Shown one piece after another: positions 1 to 9,181 of a stretch of 64,000 nt of DNA. This DNA is from an uncultured bacterium (GTDB taxonomy: Bacteria; Patescibacteriota; Minisyncoccia; Phycocordibacterales; GWA1-40-21), in assembly GCA_903850545.1 (NCBI GenBank), contig CAINLW010000009.1, forward strand, positions 2,311 through 66,310, written 5' to 3'. The stretch's first letter is position 1. Each line of letters starts with the position of its first letter. The position numbers and the translations under genes are program-made. The notes under the pieces are model-generated. The model was not told the origin of the DNA. It was given only the letters and a program-made list of their open reading frames with translations, and ran no database searches.

Positions 1-299
1 TTCGTTATTTTTGGGTTTATAAAAATAAGATCATTTGTTTCATTAATCTTTTTTGGCCATTCTGAATCTGTTGAAAAGACTTTTTTTGATATCATAAACA
101 ATCTTATGGGTTGTCCTATTTGAATAGCTGAAATAGCAGCGGCATCAATTTGACTGTGAAGAGCTTTTTTAAGCAAAGTAATGGTTTTTTTGATCTTTAC
201 TGTGCTAATTTCTGTAGCTGGAATAGCTGAAGAAATTTCTCTCAAAATAGGGTTGTCTACTTGTAGTATTTCGGTTTTACTAATTTTGGTTTTTAACAT
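1..299 (-). CDS. def: Peptide deformylase, N-terminal part only; the gene continues past the window start
   Basis: Reverse-strand translation from ATG(299) reads MLKTKISKTEILQVDNPILREISSAIPATEISTVKIKKTITLLKKALHSQIDAAAISAIQIGQPIRLFMISKKVFSTDSEWPKKINETNDLIFINPKIT. This matches the Def N-terminal architecture (DxRLR-like / GxGLAAxQxG-like / NP-E motif regions). The frame is open to position 1. Confidence 0.7.
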   Translation of the reverse strand, partial: MLKTKISKTEILQVDNPILREISSAIPATEISTVKIKKTITLLKKALHSQIDAAAISAIQIGQPIRLFMISKKVFSTDSEWPKKINETNDLIFINPKIT

Positions 300-363
300 A
301 ATCAATAGAATAACATTTTTCAATAAATTGGTCAAAATTTACAAATATGCTATTATCAAAAAC

Positions 364-1356
364 ATGAAATCAAATATTTGGAAAAAAATATATAAAAAAA
401 ATACTTTTTTCTGTCTTGCGCCAATGGCGGATGTTACAGATGTAGTTTTTAGGCAAATAATCACTAAATACAGCAAACACGGTAAAATTGGCGGTGGACC
501 AGATGTTTTTTTTACTGAATTTGTTTCTGCTGATGGGATTGCAAATGAAATAGGTAGAAAAAAGCTTTTGCCTATTTTAAAATTTTCAAAAAAAGAAAAG
601 CCGATCATTGCACAAATATTTGGATCAAAACCGGAAAATATTAAAAAAACTTGTCAGATTATTGCCAAACTTGGTTTTGATGGAATAGATATAAATATGG
701 GATGTCCAGACAGATCTGTAATAAAGCAGGGTGCTGGCTCAGCTTTGATAAGAACACCGAAGCTTGCTTGTGAAATAATACGTTCAGCAAAAGCTGGCGC
801 TCCCAAACTTCCAATTTCAATAAAGACGCGCATTGGTTTTAATGTCATTGAATACAAAAAATGGCTTCCAAAAATTCTGGCTGAAAATATTTCTGCACTT
901 ACGGTTCACTTAAGGACAAAGAAAGAGATGTCGAATGTTTCTGCACATTTTGAGCTTGCAAATGATATTGTAAAAGTTGTTCGAGGATGTGATAAAAATG
1001 TGGTTTTAATCGCTAATGGCGATATAGAAAGTTTAGAGCAGGGAAGAATACTAGCTAAAGATACTGGTTTTGATGGAATAATGATAGGAAGAGGGATTTT
1101 TGGTAATCCATGGCTTTTCGATTCAAAAAGAAAAAATCCACCTAGTACAAGCGAAAAACTTAAAGTTCTAATTGAGCACACAAAACTTTATGAAAAAATT
1201 TTGACTCATAGAAATTTTGCAAATATGAAAAAACACTTCAAGGCATATGTAAGTGGTTTTGATGGAGCAAAAGAATTAAGAATGGAACTTATGGAGACTA
1301 ATAATTCAAAAGAAGTTCAAGTTATTATTGAAAAATTTCTACAAAATATATATTAG
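364..1356 (+). CDS. dus: tRNA-dihydrouridine synthase (Dus family, TIM-barrel flavoenzyme)
   Basis: The listed ORF 181..1356 trimmed to ATG at 364 (MKSNIW...). The upstream part would overlap divergent def. CLAPMADVTDVVFR motif. Family length. Confidence 0.8.
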   Translation: MKSNIWKKIYKKNTFFCLAPMADVTDVVFRQIITKYSKHGKIGGGPDVFFTEFVSADGIANEIGRKKLLPILKFSKKEKPIIAQIFGSKPENIKKTCQIIAKLGFDGIDINMGCPDRSVIKQGAGSALIRTPKLACEIIRSAKAGAPKLPISIKTRIGFNVIEYKKWLPKILAENISALTVHLRTKKEMSNVSAHFELANDIVKVVRGCDKNVVLIANGDIESLEQGRILAKDTGFDGIMIGRGIFGNPWLFDSKRKNPPSTSEKLKVLIEHTKLYEKILTHRNFANMKKHFKAYVSGFDGAKELRMELMETNNSKEVQVIIEKFLQNIY

Positions 1357-1604
1357 TAGTTTTTAATTTATTATTTACAAACTGTAATAAGTGTAATAAG
1401 ATACAAATTAGATGTATAACGCGCACTGTGTAAGGGAGATATGGTGCGTGGTAGTATTCATCTCACTGTCCAAGATTGTTTGCCTCATAATAACCATACT
1501 CCTCATGGGTTTTGGGGACTCTTGAAAAAGGGTTAGGGGCAGTGAGATGTAAGATTTTTCCGAGGCCAATAGTGACCTCGGATTTTTATATTATTTTTGT
1601 GTAC

Positions 1605-1632
1605 TTGACAAGTAGCCTGAGTATGCTAAGAT
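1605..1632 (+). promoter_or_regulatory. Sigma70-like promoter (TTGACA, 16-nt spacer, TAAGAT) in front of a GC-rich structured region
   Basis: Perfect -35 hexamer TTGACA at 1605-1610. The -10-like TAAGAT at 1627-1632 follows a 16-nt spacer. Confidence 0.4.
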
Positions 1633-1639
1633 GTATTTC

Positions 1640-1959
1640 GGACTCGTGAGAATCCCCCTAAAGGACCACTCCGAGCAAAAGTGAGGAGTTTTATGAACAA
1701 AAACAACACTAAAGCACCCTTGATCGAGAGCTAAAATATCGGCGCCCCGGCCTGCAAAATTCACTAAAAGGAGAGGGAAATCCCTCTAAGGAGGAGTGCC
1801 TAACCGCACCCGATATGGAGCCAAACTAACGCCCGCCAAGGGTATTGTTTGGAAAAACCAGCGGACTAGAAGCAAAGATACGTAGCCGTGACGACAAAGT
1901 GTTTTGGGGTCTTGACCCCCGCCCCCAGGAACCTCGTGTTCCTGGGCGGCTTTTTTTTA
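1640..1959 (+). ncRNA. Unidentified structured RNA candidate, about 320 nt and GC-rich, lying between a promoter and an intrinsic terminator just upstream of dnaX
   Basis: GC content is clearly above the surroundings. No ORF of 60 aa or more. Many local helices, e.g. ccgagg..cctcgg at 1560-1581 and ggggtc..gacccc at about 1907-1920. Terminal hairpin gcccccaggaac/gttcctgggcggc followed by T9. Identity (SRP RNA, RNase P RNA, tmRNA or other) is unresolved. Confidence 0.35.
1921..1959 (+). terminator. Rho-independent terminator
   Basis: GC-rich 12-bp stem gcccccaggaac/gttcctgggcggc followed by a run of nine T. Confidence 0.7.
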
Positions 1960-2017
1960 TATTTATTCGCGAAAATTGATGAACTGAGTTATAATATTTG
2001 AGTAATAAATATCATAC

Positions 2018-3067
2018 ATGACAGAAACAGCTTTATATAGAAAATATCGTCCGCAAAAATTTAAAGAAATTTTGGGACAAGATCATATAGTAAAAGTACT
2101 AGAATCTTCTATTAAAAATGGAAATATTGCTCACGCATATATTTTTGCAGGTTCACGAGGAACTGGAAAGACCAGTATTGCTAGAATATTAGCAAAAGAA
2201 ATTGGCACAACAGTAAATGACATTTCCGAAATAGATGCAGCTTCTAACACCGGAGTTGATGATATCCGAGCTTTAAATGAATCTGTAAGCACTTTGCCTT
2301 TTGAATCTGTATATAAAGTTTATATTTTAGACGAGGCTCATATGCTTTCAAAATCTGCTTGGAATGCGCTTTTAAAAACAATTGAGGAACCTCCTAAACA
2401 TGTAATTTTTATTCTTGCTACTACTGAAGCAAACAAAATTCCTGAAACTATCATTTCAAGATGTCAGACTTTCTCATTTAGAAAACCAACTCAAAAAATG
2501 CTAAAAGATGTAGTTGTGGCTATTGCAAAAAAGGAAGGTTTTTCCTTGGAAGCCTCCTCAGCGGATCTTATCGCTTTGCTTGGAGATGGGTCTTTTCGTG
2601 ATGCGCAAAGTATTTTGCAAAAAGTAATGAGTGCTTCAAAAGACAAAAAAATTAGTCATGAAGAAGTAGAACTTGTTACTGGTGCACCAAAAACTGAGCT
2701 AGTAAATGATTTTATAAGAGCTATAGACGAAAACAATCTTGAAATAGGACTTGGAGCTATTTCAAAAGCCACCGAAGCAAATATTGATATGCTTTTATAT
2801 TTTAAACTCGTTCTTCATAAGATGCGTTCAATACTTTTGCTTCGAAATCTGAAAAGCTCAGAAGGGAAGTTACAAGATGAAATGACAGATACCGATTTTA
2901 AATTTCTAAAAGGTCTTGCCGATAAAAAACCATCAAACCCGCCTACAGGTCGGGCAGGAATTACTTCTGATACTTTACTTACACTTTTATCTTATTACGA
3001 TATGGTGGCAAAAGCGTATATTCCCGAGTTACCACTTGAGATCGCTCTTACAAAGCTCATAAAATAG
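2018..3067 (+). CDS. dnaX: DNA polymerase III gamma/tau subunit, short form
   Basis: N-terminal YRKYRPQKF..GQDH, Walker A GSRGTGKTS, DEAH-like ILDEAHML, sensor SRCQ. Confidence 0.85.
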   Translation: MTETALYRKYRPQKFKEILGQDHIVKVLESSIKNGNIAHAYIFAGSRGTGKTSIARILAKEIGTTVNDISEIDAASNTGVDDIRALNESVSTLPFESVYKVYILDEAHMLSKSAWNALLKTIEEPPKHVIFILATTEANKIPETIISRCQTFSFRKPTQKMLKDVVVAIAKKEGFSLEASSADLIALLGDGSFRDAQSILQKVMSASKDKKISHEEVELVTGAPKTELVNDFIRAIDENNLEIGLGAISKATEANIDMLLYFKLVLHKMRSILLLRNLKSSEGKLQDEMTDTDFKFLKGLADKKPSNPPTGRAGITSDTLLTLLSYYDMVAKAYIPELPLEIALTKLIK

Positions 3068-3113
3068 TGTAGAAGATCGACAATTTTTATTAATTTATAA
3101 TTAAAATATAATT

Positions 3114-4874
3114 ATGACCAGTCTAGAAAATAATAAATTTGAAAAAGTGTCTTTAAATGACAAGATGGAAGAATCCCCACTGTTTTCAAAAAGATTTTAT
3201 GAAAAAATGCGTTTATTTGCATTAGCTGGTTTATTGCTTATGCCCGGTTATGGAATTGCATCAAAAAACAAAAACGAATCTACTGAAACATCTACTTCAC
3301 AACTGGAAAATAATCCAAACTATAACGATAGTTTAATAGAGCAATTTAATAAAATTAAACTTGAATCTCCACATATACACAATACATTTTTTATAAAAAA
3401 TGAAAAAACTGGTGTAATTGAAACAAACTGGTGGGCATTACTCGCACCATTTCAAGTAGAATTACCTTGGACAAAAGATGGAGTTAAAGATAGTTATAAC
3501 GTATTACATGATTATGCTCGTCTTTTCATATCCGCAGGAGCACTTAACAATAAAGAATATTCAAAAATTTCAGAATTAATGGAGCAAGAAATAAAACAAC
3601 AGTTGGTAGAAGTTTTATACGGTTTAGACATAAGCAAAAAAGCTCATGAAGCCAATGAAGCGCCAAATTTTGATCAATTAAAAATTGAGAGTATCAATAT
3701 AACCGGAACGGCTTCTCCAGAGGGTCCAGCTTATAAAGGACCAGAAACAATTGAAAGTGTAGATCCAGAAAATCTCAAATTGGCACATTCAAGAGGAGTA
3801 AGTGGTTTTGATGAAATAATTAAGTCACTTAAAAAATTAGGAATAAATCCTGATGAAAAGATATTGCAAAAAGCTCTTTATGGTATTAACTTTGAGGAAG
3901 TGCAATTTTCACCAGATGAAATGAATAGAATGGCAGAATTATCCCGTGACTATTTTGGGTCAGATTCTTTGGAAAAGATCTTTAATATGATTGTTGATTA
4001 TAATGATAAAAAAATCTCAGATCCAAATTTAGTTTTGGAACTTGATTCGAGGGTTGCTTCAAAAAGATCTGTAGAAATTGAAATCGAATATTCTGGCAAA
4101 TTGCATCGAAGCTTCTTAGTACCAATACCACTTTTGCTTTTTATATTACCTTTTATATTTGGAGATGGTCGCAAAAAATATATAAGTAAGATTTCAAAAA
4201 ATGGATCATTTTTTAATGAAAATTATGATACTTTGATTAAATCGGGAAGTGGCGCATATGGTGATAGTGAAAGTGCTGGAATAAGTAACATTGGTAAAAT
4301 TGGTGGTCCAGATAAAGTCAGTGAAGTTTCTATTACAAGTAGCGGAAATGTTGAAAAAATAAGTGAAGCAGAAAAAATTGGTTCTGCAAACGCAATAACA
4401 GAAACTGAAAAAATATCTGAAAATTTTCTTAAATATTATTATTCATCCACTATACCTGAAGGAAAAGATAGTGAGCAAATGGAGGAGGCAACATGGATTG
4501 ATGATCTCTATAATTACTTCGACAGCGAGATTGCGATTAAGAGGGGTTTGAGTTATCGAGCTATTACTGATTCTATTTTATATGATAGTAAAATCTTTAA
4601 AAATAGTGATGAGATAGAATTAAAACTTACATTTCTTATTTTAAATAAATGGACCGAGCATGATTTGGCGGCTCGTCGTGAAGCCGGAGTAGATGAAAAT
4701 GTAATAAATGACGGTTTGAATTACACTGAAAATAATGAGCAAATAAAATGGGCTCGCATGCACGCAAAAGCCATTATTGAGATTGTTAAAATGAAAAAAG
4801 AAAATCCAAACAAGGATTATGAGGAATTGCTTGCAATAAAAGTTCAACAACTTCAAAAAAGAAGAACTTTTTAA
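3114..4874 (+). CDS. Hypothetical membrane-anchored protein (N-terminal transmembrane segment, internal hydrophobic segment)
   Basis: 586-aa ORF. Hydrophobic stretch LFALAGLLLMPGYGIA near the N-terminus and LVPIPLLLFILPFIFG internally. No recognisable catalytic motif. Confidence 0.45.
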   Translation: MTSLENNKFEKVSLNDKMEESPLFSKRFYEKMRLFALAGLLLMPGYGIASKNKNESTETSTSQLENNPNYNDSLIEQFNKIKLESPHIHNTFFIKNEKTGVIETNWWALLAPFQVELPWTKDGVKDSYNVLHDYARLFISAGALNNKEYSKISELMEQEIKQQLVEVLYGLDISKKAHEANEAPNFDQLKIESINITGTASPEGPAYKGPETIESVDPENLKLAHSRGVSGFDEIIKSLKKLGINPDEKILQKALYGINFEEVQFSPDEMNRMAELSRDYFGSDSLEKIFNMIVDYNDKKISDPNLVLELDSRVASKRSVEIEIEYSGKLHRSFLVPIPLLLFILPFIFGDGRKKYISKISKNGSFFNENYDTLIKSGSGAYGDSESAGISNIGKIGGPDKVSEVSITSSGNVEKISEAEKIGSANAITETEKISENFLKYYYSSTIPEGKDSEQMEEATWIDDLYNYFDSEIAIKRGLSYRAITDSILYDSKIFKNSDEIELKLTFLILNKWTEHDLAARREAGVDENVINDGLNYTENNEQIKWARMHAKAIIEIVKMKKENPNKDYEELLAIKVQQLQKRRTF

Positions 4875-4984
4875 AAAATAGTGATAAATATTTGCTTGTT
4901 AACTAATAATAATAAGTATTACTGAGGGATTAAAAGTTATCCACAGTATTAATTGTTGACTATAATTAATATTTGAGTATAATT

Positions 4985-5430
4985 TGCGACAGGAAAAAAT
5001 ATTGATCTTTCTGCGCATAGAAAAACGACCCTTTCGGTCAAGGAAATAGCTATGCGCATAATCCGTATCTTGCGGACAGGGCAAGATAGGGTGCTCTTCA
5101 GAAGAACACCGCTACAAAGTGGGCGACTCTTTAAATAGTTGCCACGGATAAACAAAGTGCAGTAGTGCAAAACAAATCAAGCGCCACCCAAAAAGCGAAA
5201 ACTTGCGGGCCAAAGCGTCAGTTTATGCACTCCAGCCTGTTACTTAAAATTGCGACCAATCACCCTGAGAGGACGCAATTTGTGGCACAAAAGAGTGGTC
5301 ACGCCATTCTTTAGTTAGGGGTCCTGATGGTACTCAGCGAGACCTAAAGCTCGCGTCATCTAGCTTGCTCAGGCATGCAAAAAAGGACCCCGCGATTTCG
5401 CGGTCGAGTGGGGTTGGACTAGTAAAGTTC
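4985..5430. other. GC-rich, highly self-complementary intergenic island between convergent genes; candidate structured RNA or foreign remnant
   Basis: Nested helices: ctgcgcatag..ctatgcgca enclosing gacc-ctttc-ggtc; aaattgcg..cgcaattt; gcgag-acctaaag-ctcgc; ggggttgaac..gttcaacccc at 5410-5440. Only short spurious ORFs. Confidence 0.3.
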
Positions 5431-5530
5431 AACCCCCTCTTTAATTTATAAATTATATTTAATCTACACAATAACCACATTAAAGTGGTTTTTTAATTTT
5501 GTATTTAGAATACAATAGACGTCTTAAATA

Positions 5531-6601
5531 TTAAATTTTCCAATTACCTTTTTCCTGAATTACTTTTCCATCAACAATAATTTGTGCTTTTTTCATACTT
5601 TTAACAATATCCCAATGTAGAGAGGAATCATTTCCACCACCGTTTTCTTTGTAGGCGGCACCCAACGCTAAGTGAATTGTACCACCGATTTTTTCATCAA
5701 ATAATAAATTGTTTGTATATTTATTTATTTTTGGGTTACAACCAATACCAAGTTCCCCTACAAATTCTGAATTTTTGTCTAATGCAAGCATTTTTTTCAA
5801 ATAATCAAGATTTTTTGTCGCTTTTGCTTCAATCACTTTTCCATCTTTAAAAACTAATTCTATATCAGAAACTTCTTTTCCATCTCGAACAGAAGGGAAG
5901 TCAAATTTAATATAACCATTTAAACTTTCTCGAACTGGAGCCATAAAAACTTCACCACCTGGCATATTTTCCTCACCTTTATCAGCAACGGCTTTTTCTC
6001 CATGCACCTTCATTTTCAAATCTACACCAACACCCACAAGGTGAACCTCACTATTTTTCTTAAATTTTAGCAAAATTTTATCCATCAATTTACCCAATTT
6101 TTTCCAATCTTGCAAACACGCACCGAAAACAAAATTTTCGTATTCTGTAAGTGACATCTCAGCTTCTTGTGCTAAAGCTTGGCAAGGATATCCAACAGTG
6201 ACTCTGTGCATTAACGGTTTTGAATTACAAATATGTTCTCTAATAGAATGCGTTACTTTTGATCTTGTGGCGATTTTATTTGAATCACAATTTGTAAGTT
6301 CTCTTGTGTTTGTATCTGTATCTATACCGATATATTTTTGGGAATTTTTGACTACAAACTCAAAATCCTCCGGAAATTTTTCTAGCTGGTGTTGTTGCGC
6401 ATGAGTATAATACGTATGAGTAAGCCCGGGTAACGATAATCTTAACACTGGATGTGCACCTGCTTTTATTACTTCTTCATATAAAACTCGTATAAATTCT
6501 TCTGCTTCAGTGCTACCCGAGATAATAACTTTTTCATTGTGTTTAACAAAAACAGAATATTTAACTACCAACTGCGCTAACTTTTTTGTTCTAATATCCA
6601 T
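5531..6601 (-). CDS. M29-family aminopeptidase (AmpS/PepS-like), tentative
   Basis: 356 aa. N-terminal MDIRTKKLAQLVVKYS and overall layout resemble thermophilic aminopeptidase II (M29). Confidence 0.5.
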   Translation of the reverse strand: MDIRTKKLAQLVVKYSVFVKHNEKVIISGSTEAEEFIRVLYEEVIKAGAHPVLRLSLPGLTHTYYTHAQQHQLEKFPEDFEFVVKNSQKYIGIDTDTNTRELTNCDSNKIATRSKVTHSIREHICNSKPLMHRVTVGYPCQALAQEAEMSLTEYENFVFGACLQDWKKLGKLMDKILLKFKKNSEVHLVGVGVDLKMKVHGEKAVADKGEENMPGGEVFMAPVRESLNGYIKFDFPSVRDGKEVSDIELVFKDGKVIEAKATKNLDYLKKMLALDKNSEFVGELGIGCNPKINKYTNNLLFDEKIGGTIHLALGAAYKENGGGNDSSLHWDIVKSMKKAQIIVDGKVIQEKGNWKI

Positions 6602-6617
6602 TGTATTTAAATTAAAA

Positions 6618-6660
6618 ATTAAATATCAAAAATCAAAATTATAGATTAAATATCAAAAAT
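6618..6660. promoter_or_regulatory. Two perfect 16-bp direct repeats (attaaatatcaaaaat) 27 bp apart, in the promoter region of the M29 aminopeptidase gene
   Basis: Copies at 6618-6633 and 6645-6660. Confidence 0.3.
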
Positions 6661-6760
6661 TTCGATTCAAACTAATAAATTTATACATTAAATTTCAAAA
6701 TATATTTAATAACCTTAGTAGTATTACATCTTCAATAATAACAACTACTTCAAATCTTGC

Positions 6761-8284
6761 TTATTTTAGCACAATTATTGTTTCGTCTCTATCAGGCCCA
6801 ACTGAAATAATCCGAGTTTTAACACCAGCCTCTTTTTCAATAAACGAAATAATTTTTTTAAGTTGTTGCGGAAGTTCGTTTACATTTCTTAGTTTACGAA
6901 TAGTTGTTTGCCAACCAGAAAAAGTCTTATATATTGGTCTACAATATTTCAAAACTTCTTTGTCTGGAATTGCAATGTTGATTTTTGTTCCTTTATTTAA
7001 TATAAGTTCACCTACATGATATTTTGGGCCAGTATATTCATAAGCTACACAAATTTTAATTTCTTTACATAAATCCATTACATCAATTTTGGTAAAAATA
7101 ACATCTGGACCGCTAAATTGAACCGAATATCTTAAAAAGGGAAGATCTAGCCAGCCAGTTCGTCTCGGTCGTCCTGTTGTGGCACCGTATTCATAACCTG
7201 CCATTCTAACAGCTACACCAAGTTTAAATTCATCTGTTTGATCAAGTAGTAAATCTCCAAACTTATCTTTCTCCATCTTTTTTGTTATTCCAGACGTTCC
7301 ACACCATTTGGCCGATTTTAAACCACCCATTTCTGTTGGAAAAGCACCTTCACCAACCCTAGTCATGTATGGAGCCTTTATAATGCCAAAAGTCATATCA
7401 ACATCATTTTCATGCAACCCAACGCCTTTAGCTAAGCCAGCGATTGTGCAATCTGAAGCTGTAACAAAAGGATAAGTGCCATGATCAATACTAAGCAGGT
7501 TTCCTTGAGCACCCTCAAGAAGTATTTTCTTTTTACCAAGATTTTTTCTCAAATAAGTATCTGTATCTGTAATATTATTTTTAAATATTTTGCCATATCT
7601 AGTATATTCTTTAACTATTGCATCTATATTAAATATATTTTTATTGTCGTAAAAACGTCCACAACCCAAATGCTCATGTTGAAGAATTTGTTTAATTACT
7701 TTTTTATCATATTGATTAAGTAAAACTATTTTTTCACGAAGATTTCTAATAAGCTTTTCTTTAAAAATTTTAGGATTAAGCAAATCATTAACAGTAAGGC
7801 CTATGCGAGCATAATGGTCTTCGTATACTGGACCAATTCCTCTGCCAGTTGTGCCTATTTTATTCAAACCAGCTTTGCTTTCTTTTACTCGATCTAATAA
7901 TAAGTGTTGAGGTAATACTAAGTGAGCATCTTTAGAAAAGAATATGTTTTTATTACTACACCCCGAGGCTTTTAAAAGCGACATTTCATGTTCTACAACA
8001 GCTGGATCAAAAGCAACTCCGCTACCAATAATATTAATTTTACCTTTTGAATCATATAGAATCCCTGACGGAATAAGATGGAAAATATATTCTTTATCTT
8101 TGAGACGAATGGTGTGTCCAGCGTTTGCTCCACCAGTACCACGTGCAATAATATCTGCCCATGAACCAAAAAAATCTACAAATTTTCCTTTTCCGGTATC
8201 GCCCCATTGATTGCATACAACTGCAATAGTTTTTTTACCTTTTAATAATTCGCTCGTTTTTTTAAAAAGATTTGTTTTTAACAT
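6761..8284 (-). CDS. purA: Adenylosuccinate synthetase
   Basis: QWGDTGKGKFVD P-loop. GGANAGHTI motif. Longer than the usual 430 aa, at 507 aa. Confidence 0.85.
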   Translation of the reverse strand: MLKTNLFKKTSELLKGKKTIAVVCNQWGDTGKGKFVDFFGSWADIIARGTGGANAGHTIRLKDKEYIFHLIPSGILYDSKGKINIIGSGVAFDPAVVEHEMSLLKASGCSNKNIFFSKDAHLVLPQHLLLDRVKESKAGLNKIGTTGRGIGPVYEDHYARIGLTVNDLLNPKIFKEKLIRNLREKIVLLNQYDKKVIKQILQHEHLGCGRFYDNKNIFNIDAIVKEYTRYGKIFKNNITDTDTYLRKNLGKKKILLEGAQGNLLSIDHGTYPFVTASDCTIAGLAKGVGLHENDVDMTFGIIKAPYMTRVGEGAFPTEMGGLKSAKWCGTSGITKKMEKDKFGDLLLDQTDEFKLGVAVRMAGYEYGATTGRPRRTGWLDLPFLRYSVQFSGPDVIFTKIDVMDLCKEIKICVAYEYTGPKYHVGELILNKGTKINIAIPDKEVLKYCRPIYKTFSGWQTTIRKLRNVNELPQQLKKIISFIEKEAGVKTRIISVGPDRDETIIVLK

Positions 8285-8288
8285 CGAT

Positions 8289-8834
8289 TTATTTATTAGT
8301 TGAAATCAAATATTTATGTAATTTTTTTAGTGCAATATTTCTCATCGCATAAGGTTTATGTTCCTGATTTGTCATCTCGGCGTATGTCCTATCACATCCT
8401 TTTGGAATAAAAATTGAAGCCCAACCAAAACTGTTTTTACCTTTTGGATTTTGAGAAACAGTGCCTTCCATAGAACCACTGAAAAATCTCACTTTTTTTC
8501 CATCATAAAATCCGTAACAAACGGTTGCAGTGCAACTACGATCTTTTCCATCAAGTAATCTGCATAAACCTTCGTTCGTTAACTCATGTTCAAACCATTT
8601 AATAAGCGGGCCAGGCAATTTTCCCAGCGAATGGAAAACAAAAGACACATCTTCAACCAAGATAGTTTTTTTAACTATTTTAAAAGCTCTCTCAGCTTTA
8701 TCTTTTACAATTTCTTCAAGATCTAAAGATTGTACCTCGTGTAAATTTAGCGATTGATGATCAATTGGCATTTTTAAGTAACGACACACTTCCTCAGCTT
8801 TTCCTGCATTTCCAGTAATAAATATTATTTTCAT
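8289..8834 (-). CDS. rdgB: Non-canonical purine NTP pyrophosphatase (ITPase, Ham1/RdgB family)
   Basis: MKIIFITGNAGKAEE N-terminal signature. Length 181 aa. Confidence 0.7.
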   Translation of the reverse strand: MKIIFITGNAGKAEEVCRYLKMPIDHQSLNLHEVQSLDLEEIVKDKAERAFKIVKKTILVEDVSFVFHSLGKLPGPLIKWFEHELTNEGLCRLLDGKDRSCTATVCYGFYDGKKVRFFSGSMEGTVSQNPKGKNSFGWASIFIPKGCDRTYAEMTNQEHKPYAMRNIALKKLHKYLISTNK

Positions 8835-8956
8835 AGTGTAAACTTTAACACGATATAGTCATTATTACAAAAAGTTAGGTGATTCCAAGCTATTGAACCT
8901 ATACGGTACCATTGACAAATATTAAATTAATTGTTAATATTATAGATAGTAGTAAA

Positions 8957-9085
8957 TTTAGTATGTTTCAGCGGTTGAGCCCAAAGGACCAAGAGTTACC
9001 TCCGTGCTTTTGGTGCCTCTCCAGACAAACGCTGAAGCATCCGCCTCATTCAGGTTTGGGCAAACTGAATGAGGCACTTTTTTTT
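8957..9085 (+). ncRNA. Small structured element ending in an intrinsic terminator; candidate sRNA
   Basis: Long-range pairing atgtttcagcg..cgctgaagcat. Terminal hairpin gcctcattcag/ctgaatgaggc followed by T8. No credible ORF; the 99-aa listed ORF has no supporting features. Confidence 0.3.
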
Positions 9086-9181
9086 AAAAGTTGTAAATTA
9101 AAAACATATCTATTTAATAATTTTCAATATATAACCTTATATCTCTGTGTCATTCAAAATGTAAAAAAATATTTACAAGTC

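Noticed and set aside
181-363. N-terminal 61-codon extension of the listed 181..1356 ORF
   Set aside because: It would overlap the divergent def gene (start 299, minus strand). The Dus homology begins at MKSN (364). The extension is hydrophobic low-complexity.
1357-5430. tmRNA, RNase P RNA or SRP RNA identity for the GC-rich islands
   Set aside because: Could not find a tag-peptide frame ending in ALAA-like sequence or a CCA end for tmRNA. Could not find GGAAAGUCCGGGCUCC / ACAGAACCCGGCUUA-like P4 strands for RNase P. Could not find the GGAA..AGCAGC domain-IV motif for SRP. So they are reported only as unidentified structured elements.
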